Origin: the human T2T-CHM13v2.0 reference genome, Homo sapiens
Reading direction: 5' to 3' (one strand)
Assembly: GCF_009914755.1 (NCBI RefSeq)
Contig: NC_060947.1
Length of the DNA stretch: 64,000 nucleotides
The position numbers were made by a program, and so were the translations under genes. Shown here piece by piece: positions 1 through 13,802 of this stretch (the first letter of the stretch is position 1; each line of letters begins with the position of its first letter). A model generated the notes under the pieces. That model did no database searches, was not told where the DNA came from, and saw nothing but the letters and a program-made list of their open reading frames with translations.

Positions 1-135
1 TGTCTGCTTTTTTTCCTTTTAAGTCTTCTCACTTCAAAATGAGGATAATAAACTTACCTTATGAGGTTATGTAGGAGTGATTATCAGTGTTTAATACTTA
101 GTTGGACTTCTGTAAATGTTTAAAAATAATAACAA

Positions 136-420
136 TATGTATCCTGATAGTGGTGGTTACACAAATTTAAACAGGTAATAAAATTTCATAGAACTATATA
201 TACCGCACCCCCCCACCAAAAGAACACAGAAAAGGAGTGAAATCCAAACAAGATTATTAGTTGAGTTAATACTATTGTACCAACGTCAATTTCCTCATTT
301 TGACAATGTGCTACAGTTATGTAAGATGTTCTCATTTAGGAAAGCTGGGTGAAGGGTACACAGAGCTCTGTATTATTTTTGCAAGTTCTTGTGAGTCTTA
401 AACTATTTCAAATAAAAGCT
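136..420 (+). mobile_element. L1MC4-like LINE-1 3' end fragment
   Basis: Motifs attgtaccaacgtcaatttcct...ctgggtgaagggtacac...ttgcaagttcttgtgagtc resemble the L1MC 3' UTR. Confidence 0.55.
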
Positions 421-1610
421 AAGACTATTGTGTAGCTCAGGATCATTTTGTTTTATTGTCACCTTTACCTCATGGATTCATTTTTGGTTTTTAATAGAGA
501 CGTGTACCATAAGTAAGCCAGATTATTAGCTTTTATTTATAAAAGACAAAATAATATCTGATCAATATATGTTTAAGCTAATGCAGTAGATTATAATCCA
601 GATCATGAACCTAAATTGCTCTTAATAAGCATGTAGTCACAAAGTTCAATTATAGGTGAAAATCTGAAATTAAACAGGACTGCCATTTAGTTTTTAGTTT
701 TAGCATATTTTATTTTTGGATAGTCCAGGACTCATCTAAGTTTGCCAAAGATTGAAATAGTCACACAACACATTCTTAAAGTCCCTGAGAAGTAGAAAGT
801 AGAGGTGGCTTGCCTACTTTTTAAGGTGAGAATTTCTATTTCAGCAGACTTTGGGGAGGGCAAGCATCTTCTGTCTTGCTGATATGCCTAAGATGTGATC
901 TATTTATATTACAAACCATATGCAGAGCCTGGCAAGCCTCTCTGCAAATGAGCTCATTCGCTCTGCCCTAAAGGAGGAGGATAGGAGGGGGCGAAAAGAC
1001 ATTAGGGACCTTTAACAATCATTACACCTCTTGATGCTGATTGAACAGGAAGGATAAACAAAATCTATGATTTCTGACAGGAAGCATAAATAATAAATAC
1101 CTGTCAAGGGGAACTACATATTCTCTTTAGTCATTTTTATAGGTCATCAAAGTCAAGTTCCTAAAGACTTGAGTACTTTTTAATAGGTTTCTCTTTTTGG
1201 CATGTTGTACAAATTACAAGTACAGATAATTTCAGATTTATCTTGCCAATGGGCCTCCTTCGAAGTGTGATAAATTCTATCTAGAGCTTCACTCAAATCA
1301 ACTAGTATTAATAGAACATTTATCCAGTGTTAAATAATTAGATCTGTCTGTAAGGAAATAAAGAAGAGCAGTTGCTGACCTCAAAAGGTTCCCAGACAAA
1401 GAGGAATGAGACTAGAAAACAAAGTGTATTACAAAATGCAAGCACCGTGAGAGAGGTACATACAAGGCTCAGAGAAAGGTATGAGGAGGAGGTGTCATGA
1501 ACTGTTTTGGACAGTGTGTGGCAAACTGGGCCTGCAAGAAGGGTGAATTTCTGGGGCATGCTGAGTTTGCCACAAGAATTTAAAATTTTTGTGTTTTATT
1601 TAGATGGAAA

Positions 1611-1611
1611 T

Positions 1612-1642
<31 letters not shown>

Positions 1643-1790
1643 TATGTTCTGTATATAACATATATAAAAGGTGTATTTTATATATAATATATGTAAATTA
1701 TATATAATATACATTTTATAAATTATACCTTTTATACCTAAATGATACCATATATAAATTACATATATTATATCATATATATGGTATAAT
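1611..1790. repeat. (TA)n-rich low-complexity tract
   Basis: Pure (TA)n at 1612-1635 followed by degenerate TA repeats. Confidence 0.9.
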
Positions 1791-2389
1791 TCTTTTTTCC
1801 CCAGTCATCTGGATGAGTGTGGGTGTGTATCTTATTGAATACTCACGGCCATGTGATCTTCATGCATCTGTGCACTGTTCAAATGGGTGACTTAGTTTAG
1901 TTTAGTTCAAATGAGTAATTTGCTTTAGTTTGAATGGGTGGAAGTAGATAAGAAAACCGAGTCATTTCATAGCAAAGGGTAGTTGGGGACATGGGACTGA
2001 AAGAATCTGGACTTGAGCATCACTGGCATATTCGGAGTTCCAGTGGTTGTTTTGCATAGATGTCATCTTTATTTGTACCAAGTAGCAAGACTTCTAAGAA
2101 GATATGTAGTAGTCCATATTTAATGAAGAATTTGTCTGTTCGTACTTCCAATCACAACTGGATAAGATAGCCATTTAGCGCCTGAATAATGCCCTGGTGC
2201 TTACCCTGCGTTTAAGGGAATCAAAAAGCTGTGCCTGTGACGGATTCATTCCCATTTCTCCATATTCTTGCCATGAGCAAGGTAGTAGAAATTTTAAAAC
2301 TTTAATGAAAATGCCAAAAGAGCTACAGATGCATGGACAGCGTATCAACAATGTATCAATCAAATTTATACTTAGTTGCTAGTAAAAAA

Positions 2390-2990
2390 ATTATAAGAGA
2401 GTGGCTTAATTTATAGCTTTATTAAGTCCAGAGTGGGTAGTCCAGGGTTGTTCTGATGGCAACATGATATAAACAGGGACCAATGCTCCTTTGGCTTTCT
2501 GCTTTGTCATCTTTTGGGTATGACCCTAATCTTCCTGTTCTCAATATGGCTGTCTGCACTCAAGCCATCATATTTTTATTCTCAAACATGAAGAAGGGAT
2601 AGAGCACAGTAAAGAAGACATATGCCAACTGTGTTATCCCCATTAAAATTGCCTTCCTGGAAGTCACCATTTGTGATTATTATAACCTAAAATTGTCCAG
2701 GAGTATCTAAAATGTTCCTAGTTGTAAGGAAGGCTAGAAATCTTGCTTGTAGCTTGTTACATTGTCCCTTCAAATAATCTCAGGTTTCAACTAGTACAAA
2801 AAAGAGAAAATTAACATTTAGTAGACAGCTAGTAGCCTCTGCAACATTGTATCATATATCACTGATCCAACTTCAGCAACTGCCCGCACCAGACTTTTTG
2901 ATATATGAGAAAAGGAAACCTTTATTTGTTGAAGGTCCTGCTATTTAGGTATCTGCTATTTGCAGCTAACCATATTCCTAATTGAAACAA
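2390..2990. mobile_element. Degraded MLT1-type MaLR LTR fragments
   Basis: MLT1-like 3' end (ctttatttgttgaagg...gctatttgcagctaac...cctaattgaaaca) plus upstream MLT1-like motifs; highly diverged. Confidence 0.35.
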
Positions 2991-3459
2991 TATGTAAACA
3001 CTTAATTGGTGTTTAACTTTTAGAACTTTTAGAATGGGCTTATTGACCAGGCATCACAAATTCAAATATATTCAGAACTATACAGGCACTGTGAGTGAGT
3101 GAGAGAGTGGTTTGGAAGGGGGTGGGCCTGTCAAACTGGCAAGTGTGTGCCCCATCGAAAGTGGGCAAATGCTGCTGCTGCTGAACTGAGAGAGGTGCCT
3201 TCCTACAGGATTGCTAGCCCACTGTTCCGAGACAGCAAATTTCAAGAGAACCAGAAAGCTGGATCTTTATGCATGTTGCAAGGTCGCAGTTTTTTTTCAC
3301 ACCACAGAATGGATATGAAGAAAAGAATCTCATTATTTAGTCTGCAATTATGGCCTGCTCCCAATCTCTTCTGCTGCTGGTTCAAGGAAAAACACAACAA
3401 AACACCAGCAACACCTAAAAGTCAATCTTGTTTAACTGTTAGTCCACTGACAATTTTGG

Positions 3460-3813
3460 AAATGTCGATGGTGCAGATCTAATCTGAGAGCGAGCAGGCT
3501 CAAGCTCCATGAAGAGCTGATGTCTCAGTTGGAATCTGAAGGCAGGAAAGAGCCAACGTCCCAACTTGAAGGCAGCCAGGCAGGAGTTCTGTCTTACTGG
3601 GAGGAGGGTCAGCCTTTTTGTTCTACTCAGATCCTCAACTGATAGGCTGAGGCTCACCCACATTATGCAGGACAATCTGCTTTATTCAGTCTACCAATTT
3701 AAATGTTAATCTCATCCAGAAATACCCTCCTACAAATACCCAAAATAATGTTTGACCAAACATTTGGGTACCCCATGGCCCAGTCAAGTTGACACATAAA
3801 ATTAACCATCACA
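3460..3813 (-). mobile_element. MLT2 (ERVL) LTR, partial
   Basis: Ends in cccagtcaagttgacacataaaattaaccatcaca, the reverse complement of the MLT2 5' terminus. Confidence 0.85.
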
Positions 3814-3991
3814 GTGGGCTTTCAACTATCATAGTATATATAATATACTGGCAGAGATAAACTGATTGATTACCTATTGTCAGGCTATTATAGAAATCTA
3901 TGAGGCTGGATCCTTGAAGTGTGGCCTTTGGAAAGCTTAAGAGAAATATAAAGTAAACTAGGAAAATCTTTTCTCAAGAAAATAAATAGTT

Positions 3992-4138
3992 TAACTAACT
4001 GTTGGATACTATGCTCACTATCTGGGTGACGGGATCATTTGTATCCCAAACCTCACCATCATGATATACACCCATGTAACAAACCTGCACATGTACACCC
4101 TGAATCTAAAATGAAAGTTGAAGTTATTTTTAAAAAAG
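3992..4138 (+). mobile_element. L1PA15/16-like 3' end fragment
   Basis: gctcactatctgggtgacgggatc...aacaaacctgcacatgtacaccctgaatctaaaatgaaagttg. Confidence 0.75.
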
Positions 4139-5789
4139 AATAACCACTAGTTTGGAAGGATTAGTATCCTGCTTCATAAGTCTATTTTTGAAGATCAGAA
4201 GATGAATATTTCCTTAGATTCTGTCTCTGAATTTCCTCTGTAATAAATTCTGGTCTCTCTCCAGACAGGTGGATAACTGAGCATTCTAGGGTGAAGGTCA
4301 TGTCACTGAGAAAGCAAAAGAATAAAGCACAATAGAAATATTAAGAAAATAGGACCTTTGTTACACATGAAATCTCAGTTTAAAATACAGGGAAACTCGT
4401 TCAATTTATAAATTTCTGTTTAAATCAAACAAAATTATATCGTCTTTCACTTAGGGACCAACAGTTTGTGACCCTTGCTGGACAAATTGCAGACAAGTTT
4501 TGTTACAGAATCAGGTTGGTGAGGACTGGGAAAAAGAGTTGGAGGAGAAGGGGAGAACATTACTGCTTTCCCTTATAAAGTGGAGAACCAAGAGACATTG
4601 CCTATGGTGCACAGAACATAAAATAGAAAAATAGAAGCATGTTTTAGAACGCTTAAGAATGCTGTCAGTGACAGCATTGACTAATGGAGGTCTTGATCTG
4701 GAGATATAACTATAACATATGTCTAAATATAAGTGGACCCTGAATATGAGTCAAACCATCATTTTCCTAAATGAGAAAGTTGGAAACAACTTTTCTTTTT
4801 TCAACTTGAATATACAACATTTAAAGAAAGAGTTGAAATAGCCAATGTCTACCTATGATATTTTAACTTTTAGTTATATATGTATGTTTTAAACCACATG
4901 TTATGTAAACTACACTGTTATACAAAATTGCTCTTTTTCACTCTCATATTTCATGATTTTTTTTCAAATGGCGACACATGCACATTGGCATTCATTTCTC
5001 CTTCATCTGGAGCCACTTGAAAACATAGTGCCATATTTGCTTCCACTAAGTTGTTTGACTACAGCACTTTTTGAATCTGAGTTTGATGTTGCCATTAGAA
5101 ATTTTATCCTAATTTACATCTACTCATTAATTCGTAGTAAGCTCCACAACATAAGTATTTAATGTATTTTAATAAAGTAATTTTTTAAAAAAGCTTGTAT
5201 GCAGTGGCATCCAGAACTGCTGTTTGAAGCCATTTCTCCAGAAATATTGACTCAATCTGTGTTAAATTTATTTACCCTCCCCCGTCATGTCAGATACCCT
5301 TTATAAACATCCAAATCTAGCTTTGATTGAGGTCATTTCAGGTTACTGTGTCTTCCCCAAATAGTAATTTGTCGTTTGAAATTAAGTAATTGAGAGACTG
5401 CTTATAATATGAAGGTCTTAATAAGGACTTTATTTTTTATGGGATAATTTTGAGCAAAAGTCTTGCCTTATATTTGGCTACATACGGACTTTTGGGAAGG
5501 GCTACTGGAAACTTGAGGGTAAAGGAAGTAGGTTAATTCTTCATCTCTAGTACCAGAAAAGTAAAAGAAATATCTTATTTTGATAAACCAAGAAATTGTC
5601 ACATAAAGCACATACTATCTAGTGATACTGAGACAACTACTAGATGATCAAAAACCGGTGGTAGTTTCAGTTAGTGGCTTGTGGGGAGCCAGATTGGGAC
5701 AGGGTAAGACTGAGTCAATAAATTGTTCTTCATTATAAAAGCACCTGAACTATGATATCTTATAATGAAAAAAAATTAAAACTTAAAGC

Positions 5790-6395
5790 GGAATATTACA
5801 GTCCAAATGAGAAATGAAGGACTGTGTCATTGGTAATGAGGATGGAAGGCAGAGGTTGGTTTTAGAGCTGCCTGAGGGTAGAGTTGATGGGATTTCATGC
5901 CTGGATTATGGCGGTTCGTGGAAAGGTAAGAATGCAAGATTACTTCTGTCTAGTCTCCCAGCTTTGGTGACTGGGTAAATATGATGCTGAGTTGGAAATG
6001 CATGAACAGGGGAGTGAACAACAATTAAATCCATTGTGAGCACATAAACTCTTAGTATCTGTGACCTAGTTAAGCAAAGATGAGTCTGGGGCTCTTAGGA
6101 GAGACACACATTTAGAGTTCATCAGCATATGAGTATAGATATAGCCATGGGACTGGATAGATTACCCAGCAAAGATGTTTCATGTAAGATAACAAGGGTA
6201 GGGATCGGGCTTTGGGAAAACCATCATTATTAGAAGGGAGAGAAGAGAATCCATTGAGAGAAAATGGGCCGGAGATAAATGAGGTCAATACCAAGAAGGG
6301 GAAAGTATCAAGGAAAAGAGTAGTAGCTGTTTTAGATATTGAAGGAATACCAAGAGAAATAAGGATGGGGAAGTATCCAGTTGATTTGGCAAAGT
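5790..6395 (-). mobile_element. Degraded L2 fragment
   Basis: Purine-rich L2-antisense-like motifs (gagggtagagttgatggga, gagttcatcagcatat, ccagttgatttggcaa). Confidence 0.4.
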
Positions 6396-7213
6396 ATTTT
6401 TTATTTTCTAAACAAGGCCATGAACTCCTTAAAAGATAGATCTTTCTGTCTGCAAACAGTTTAAAAGAACCTCTTGGGAAAATTATGACTTATGAGTGTT
6501 TAGTTGAAATAAACTGAATATCCTTCAAGAGGAAAATGACCTGGGCACAAACTAATGAATGTGCTTTTTGGCTCAGCTTGCCCATAGCCCTGCACAGTGG
6601 TAGCCTCACCAGCACCTAAACTGAGCCCCTGTTTTTGTCCTCCAGGAACTCAAGGTCACTCTGAGCCCTGCTTGCTTTCCTCCCTGGTTCTGTTACGTTA
6701 TTGCTGATCCCTACCTCATTTTCTTCCAATGCCCATCTGTCTTGCAGGAGCTTCACATTTACTGGTGGTATACTCTGTTTAACAGATACCGGATTTGCCT
6801 CCAGACACTACTCTTTCTGATTCCCATGGATATATCTAATGGGCAATAACTATGGGGAGACAGACATCTCAATGCAAGGAAGACTCTCAGACAAAGTGAT
6901 TCAAGGAGGTATTGAAAGAGTTAATCAAAGAGGCACCAAATTTCCATTCTCTGAGCATCATCCAGCACAGACGAGATGACCTTTCAGCAGTTGTGCTGCA
7001 GAGGAAATAATTCATCTATCAGAATTCATCCATTGGATGACCTTTAAAATACCTTTCTGTCCTAAGAGTCAATGGTCTCTTGATATCAAACAGAGCATAG
7101 AAATCAGGGAACCTCGGGGTTGGAAGGGGCTTGAAGAGGTCATTTGATTCACTTTCTACCAAATAAATATGTCCCTTCTACTACCTTATTAAAGAGGAGC
7201 ATCCCCAACTCCT

Positions 7214-8075
7214 TTTTTAAACTAATAAACTTTAGTTTTTAGAACCATTTTAGGTTCACAGCAAAGTTGGGTGGAAAGTACAGAGTTCTCAAATATCCCC
7301 TGTCCCACTGCACACAGGCACAGACTCCTTCATTATTAGCATCCATCACCAGAGTGGTACATTTGTTACAATCAACCTACATGGACACATCATCACCCAG
7401 AATCCATAGCTTGCTTTAGAGTTCACTCTTGGTGTTGTACACTCCATGGGTTTTGATAAATATATAATGACATATATCCACTATTGTAGTATCACACAGA
7501 ATAGGTTCACAGCCCTAAAAATCTTCTGTGTTCTGCCTATTCATCCTTTTCTCCCTACTAACCCATGATAACCCCTAATACTTTTACTGTGTCCATAGCT
7601 TTGCCTTTAACAGAATGTCATATAGTTAGAATAATACAGTATGTAGACTTTTCAGATTGGCTTCTTTCACTGAGTAACATGCATTTAAATTTCCTCCTTG
7701 TCTTTTCATGGCTTGATAGCTCATTACTTTTTAGTGCTGAATAATATTTCACTGGATGTACCACAGTTTCTTTATCCATTCATCTACTGAAGGACACCTT
7801 GGTTGCTTCCAGGTTTTGACAATTATGAATAAAGCTGCTATAAACTATAAACATCTGTGTGCAGGTTTTGTGTGGACATAAGTTTTCAATTCATCTAGAT
7901 AAATACCAAAGAGTATGATTTCTGGATCATATGATAAGAGTATGTTTACTTTTGTAAGAAATTGCCAAACTGTCTGCCACAGTGGCTGAACCATTTTTCA
8001 TTCCGACCAGTAAGGAATGAGAGTTCCTGTTGCTCCCCCATCGTCACCAGTATTTGATTTTGGATATTGGCCACT
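7214..8075 (-). mobile_element. L1MC1-like LINE-1 3' region
   Basis: ttttaggttcacagcaaagttgg...gtacagagttc; ttcagattggcttctttcac; end of ORF2 in antisense. Confidence 0.8.
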
Positions 8076-8279
8076 CTTGGCTTCTTTTTGAATGCCCCCC
8101 AAAATGATAATTCACCATGTCAGAAATTCAGGATACTTTTAGTGGCTGGGAAAAGTAGAGCTTTACAGGAGAGTAAGCTGAAATAAAGAATGTTTGCAGC
8201 CTCTCCACCTGGACACAGACAAGGTTCGGTGTGGGTTTTGGGCAGTGCACCCTCCTGCAGCAGAGAGCTCACCGAATAT

Positions 8280-8636
8280 CTATTTCCTTCCCTGCATTTT
8301 GCAGCCTCTCTTATAGTTGGGTTGGAGCATGTGATTGAGCTCTGGCCAATGGGAATATGAGCAGAAGTGAAGCCTCACTGCAGATCGGGCTCACTTAAGA
8401 GCCTATGAGCTTCTTCTTTTTTCTATTTCTTATGTTCAGAGACCTTGGAGTACTCTGTGATCCAGATGAAACAGCTGTGACAGATATATGAGCTTGAGCC
8501 CCAGAAAGACTGTGTGGAACAAAGATCCCTCTGAACTGGGACATGCATCTTGAGTAAGAAATAATCTTTGTTATGTTAAGCCACTGAGATTCTAGGGTTG
8601 TTACCTCCACATAGCCTAGCCTTATCTGACTAGTAC
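8280..8636 (+). mobile_element. MLT1 (H/I/J-like) MaLR LTR
   Basis: ctctggccaatgggaatatgagcagaagtga ... gttaagccactgagattctagggttgttac...ctagccttatctgactagtac. Confidence 0.7.
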
Positions 8637-10339
8637 GCCTCTCTTTCCTGACCCTTAAGTTCTCTCTTGGCTCTTAGTCCTTTTCTCTCCATCCAGTTAT
8701 AACTCCCTTGTGTGTCTGTGCTACACTTTAACTTCAGACCACTTAAGTTATATTTGGCAACCTGACCCATCTCAACAAGCAATCTATCCATGTCAATAAG
8801 GTTTTCCAAGGACCCAGTTCATTTCGGGGGGCTGATCTTTGTCTTTGGACTCTGTGGGAATCTATATGTTTATTTGTCTGTCCAGTCCTTCCGTTGGTTC
8901 TCCAATTATTTCTCAGAGTCTCACTGATACCAGCTGGTTCCAGTCTTGATCTCCCTTGATGACAGTACCCCTCACGTGACAATTACCACATAATACCACA
9001 CCGTCTGTTTTTAGAAGAGTCTAAATGATGTCTTGGTTTTTTCTTTAGGTGAGCTTAATGTGCCCCATGAAAATTATCTTGTATTTATTTGGTCAACCTC
9101 CATTCTCTGGAGTTGTGAAAATATCTTCTTCCATGTGATAGACTTGCAGGTAGCTGAAGATGGAAAGCTGTCATATTCCTTCAAATTTATTATCTAGGGT
9201 GTCTGTTTTTATCCAGATGAATATATATGTATATAAAACAAAAGTGAAACCTTCTTAATAATAAGAAAGTAGAATGATGGAAGGATAGGTATTTTAGTAC
9301 ATCAATATAGTTATAACTAATATTACACATTTAACACAAGAGGAATGAACTTATTTAAAAAACCATAACACATGCATAGGCTGAATGATTATACCTATTA
9401 TCCATCTGCTTTTTATACTTTTAGTTTTTTTGGTAAGATTTCACTTGGGGTTGAAACTTGGCAAAGCCTTAGTCTGACAGCAATTTATAAAATGTAAAAT
9501 GTGAGAAAAGGAGAAAAGGATCTGTCATATTTTTTTAATTATAAAAGCTCAAGGCAAGGAATAGCTCCTTTATCTTCTTTTCCCTTTTATGAATTTGGGA
9601 AGTCACAAAAAAGGAAGGGTTGGGAGAATATAACCTTAGCACCTATCAGCTTTTTAAAAAACTTGCTCTATGAGTTAAAATGAGAGAAGTAACCACTGAC
9701 CACTGACTTCATTACAGAAGTCAAAGAGGCCACTGTGATTTTAAAAGTACACTCAGAAGAGCCCATTCTGCCATGATATTTTCCTAGTGTCTCTTGTCTT
9801 CTAAAGCCAGAAAGACTACATATTTCTTTATAAGTTTGGAGGAGCTCTGGGAGCCTGTTACTGTCATATTGTTCCATTTAGCTCAAACGCATTTTTCTAC
9901 CTAATCTTATCACTATCAGGCTTTCTCTCCCTCCTCCATCTCCTTCTTTCTTATCAAAGCATCCAGATAGCACGAAGGCAGCAGGACTAAGAGAACAGGT
10001 ATGTACATAAATAGAGAGGATGAGAAATAAGCACGTACAACGTGGCATCATAGGAAGTGGAATGGGAGGTAGGGTGTTGGGATGAGCAACATTGAGCAGG
10101 GGTACTATAGGGTCAAGTGGCCTGAGTAAGAAGCCAGTTTGGCTTAGCCAGGTGACTACTTTCTCTCCTTCCTGCCTTCCCTCTTCTTTTTCCCTGATTT
10201 CTTTCCTTGCCTCCTGCCCAGTTACTTCATTTCCTCTCTTCCCTTTCAACCATTTTGTCCTTTGGCTGTTTTCCCCAGTTTTTATTAGTCTTCTTTCTGG
10301 TAACTCCTGCCCTCTTCCCAGTATTATCACTTGACATGC

Positions 10340-10810
10340 TGTGCAGGAAAACGTTAACAGAGTGGGCCTGACACTGGTATTTTTAAAAGGCCCCCTTTCA
10401 ACTTTGCATTTGAAATATTCTCTAAGCTATCATAGGTTGTTTTGCCCATGTGGGGCACTAAACACCTGTTTCCTTCTGGGAATTTACTATTATAGTAGAT
10501 GTGGCAGGTCGTTGTGCCTACATTATGATAGAAACTTTGGACTCTGAGTCTCAAGCAAGCCTCAGTGGAAAGAAACAGTATACATGTATTACTAGATATC
10601 ATTGCGAGAGGAGGGAACACAGTCCTTTCTGGTGTGAGGGAGGGAACATAGGAAACCTGTGCATGGATTCCTTCAGACTCGTCCTGACATATCTTTTCCT
10701 CTTGGTGATTGCTGTAATAAGCTATAACCATGAATACAACTACTTACGGGGCCTGTGAGTCCTTCTAGAAATTGCTAAATGTGTGGGTGGTGTTGGGACC
10801 TCTGCAACAC
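10340..10810 (+). mobile_element. MER68/MER77/MER21-group solo LTR
   Basis: Starts tgtgcaggaaaacgttaacag...ggcctgacact; ends gtgagtccttctag...tgttgggacctctgcaacac. Confidence 0.6.
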
Positions 10811-10967
10811 ATACCAAAGCTAATGTTTTGCCTGGCCCATTTTTGTTAGCTTCAAAGTGGTATTTAAAAGGCAGATAAAGGACTACTGAGATTTTTCCTT
10901 GTGAAAATTATTATTATTTCCCATTGGAAAGAGACTTATTTTAAAATTAGAGGTGAGGGTGAATGGC

Positions 10968-11075
10968 AACTACTATGTACCAGACACTGTGCTAAGTGCT
11001 TTATATGCATGTGTCATTTAAACAACTCTGTGAGGTAGTAATTATCACTCCTACTCTGAATGTGAGGAAGTTGAC
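10968..11075 (-). mobile_element. MIR fragment
   Basis: tactatgtaccagacactgtgctaagtgcttta...aacaactctgtgaggtag. Confidence 0.7.
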
Positions 11076-13564
11076 TCACCAAAAATTACAAAGATGGGAG
11101 CTAGAGGAGGCAGGGCTTCAGAGGTTTAGTTCAGTTTAACAAATATTTACTGAACAACTAGTATATACTAGGCAACATGCTATATACAAGAGAAAATGAT
11201 AAATGAAACATAGAACAAGCTACAGAGTTGTTTAGGGAGGAAACAGACAGATAAACCCAATTGTTATGCTCTGATGAAAACTATGCCTGGGGTGCTATAG
11301 GATTTGAATCTAAATCTTTCTGATGGCAAATGTATGCTTTTTCTTCTTAGTGTTCATTATTGCTATACCCTGCCTTTCAAAGGAAATGCACATGAGGAAA
11401 TTTAAAAGTTCTATTTCATTATTCTTATTAGGTTTTGAAAGCTAAGAGAAGTATATGTTCATGATAAAAAGGTCTGACAGTTCAAAAAAGTGCAAAGTGA
11501 AAAGTCAAAATCTACGTCCTTTTTCAACAGTTTCCTCCATTCTATTCCCTCATTGGAGCCACTTTTCTGTTTTCTTATTGTCCTACTCATTGCCTAATAC
11601 TGTAAAATATCAAGTAAAAAGATATGAGCCCCAAAATATCTAAATTTAATCCTTAAAATAACAAATCACTTTCCTCATAGCCTTTCTGGGCAGAGTTTAA
11701 GCATTCTGAGGGGCCATGGCCATGTGGGACTGAATTTGCATTTCTGACTATGAATTATATTACTATGAATTATATTTTAGTTTATATTTCAGTTCATTTT
11801 TAAACTGAAAAAGAATTGTATTTCAGTACATTTCTTTTTCATTAAAAAATACTAGTTGTCAATTCTTTAAGATAGGAGTCTTAAATATTTATGTTGATGT
11901 TGAATTTTGAGAAAATTTTTTTGGAATGTCCTTATATTCAGTTTTTCCAAAAGCTGAGATGATACATTTCTTCTACCTTTGATCCAAAAAAGCTTAGGTT
12001 CCTAAGGATGTGGTAAAAGAATCATGCAACAAAAATAGATTCATGTTCAACTACTGCAAAAATACGTAATAGTGGATAGAAATGATACATTTTTATCAAG
12101 AATAATAGAGGGCATGATTCATGTTAGGACTGGAGGGAATCTTAGAGCTCACCCAGTGTGTCCCCTCGTTCTGCATGTCAGACTCTTCAAACTGCTAATC
12201 ATGAAAAGCAGAAGTGAATAGTAACTTACAATGAGAATGGAGTTCGTTTGTTTTTAAATTCTAGAGGCTATTTTTGTTTGCCCCTGGATGAGTTTTCTTG
12301 TGTATGTTTAAGGAATTTGTAGCAGTACAAGCTGAGTAATTAATAAGTAGAAAATCCACTATAGTAGATCTGATTTAGGAGAATCGCTCAGTCTCACCAA
12401 CCTTATTCCTATGAATTTAAAGCAAATATGTTCACTTCAAATTAAATCATTAAGAATCTAGCACAGATTCTTGACCTATATTCTAAGGTACTCTAAATTC
12501 CATGGGGAATAAGACCCCCAACATGAAAAATTAGAAAGCAATATCAGAGCTCAAATATGACACACAGACAAAAGATGCTATAAGGATATTCACATATTTT
12601 TATAAGTTGAAGACACTTTTTTTTACATTTGGCACCTTGTCTAGATTGATACCACAAGTGTTCTTTTCTAATAAAGTTAATGCACACATCAGAACACACC
12701 ACAAAGATCTGCTACATATTTACAAGGCACCAACCCTTTCTCATCTTTAATGTGAATTATGCAAATCAATGAAAAGCATATCAAGATCTCCCCACCCACA
12801 AAAAAACTGTAATATAAATATATACTTCGGTTCAGTACAATTCATGAATAGATGGCCTGGGAATAGCAAAATAATCCAGATAGCTCTTACAGTATCGAAA
12901 CTGTAACCATTTAATAGCTGCCTTCAGGATTGGTGTATTGTGCAAAAGTTATTATTCTGGGGGTAGGAATCAAAATGGCAAAAACAAACCATATAAAATG
13001 AAGAAGATATTTTCATTGTTTGTAAAATAAATATTTTACATTAAATTTACCCAAAGGTTTTCTTTTTGTATTTTTAGTGAACGTATAGAGTTGTGTAACT
13101 ATCATTTCAGTCTTAGTTTAGAATTTTTCCATTACCCCCAAAATTTCCCTTGAGCCCATTTGTAGTCAATCCCCACCACTATGCTCCCCACTTCTGCTGC
13201 CACGAGGCCCAGGTAACCACTGATCTGCTTTCTATATCTACATATTTGTCTTTTGAAATTTCATATACATAGAATCGTACAATATGTAGTATTTTGTATC
13301 TGGTTTCTTTTATTTAATGTCATGCTTTTGAGGTTCATCCATCTTGTAGCATGTATCAGTAGTTTCTTTTTCTTGCTGAATAATATTCCATTGTATGGAT
13401 ACACTACATTTTGTTTATGGAATCACCAGTTGATAGATATTTAGGTTATTTAATTTTTTACTATTATAAATAATGCTGCCATAGACATTCATATACAAGT
13501 GTTTATGTGGATATATGTTTTCATTTCTCTTGGGTAGATTCCTGGAAGTAGAATTGCTGGCTTG

Positions 13565-13802
13565 TATATTCAGTTTAAGTTTAAATTTTAAGGAAACTGA
13601 CAAATTGTTTTTACAAAGTAGCTGTATCATTTTACATCCCCATCGGTAGTATATAAGGGTTCTAGTTTCTCCAAATCCTCACCATATTTAGTTTGTGTTT
13701 AAATTTTAAGGAAACTGCCAAATTGTTTTTACAAAATAGCTGTACCATTTTACATCCCCATCAGTAGTATATAAGGGTTCTAGTTTCTCCAAATCCTTAC
13801 CA
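13565..13802. repeat. 118-bp tandem duplication within old L1M
   Basis: tttaaattttaaggaaactg...tctccaaatcct occurs at 13580 and again at 13698. Confidence 0.95.

Noticed and set aside
12759-12771. Octamer ATGCAAAT next to a Sox-like CAATG
   Set aside because: Order and orientation do not match the canonical Sox-Oct composite; single motifs are expected by chance.
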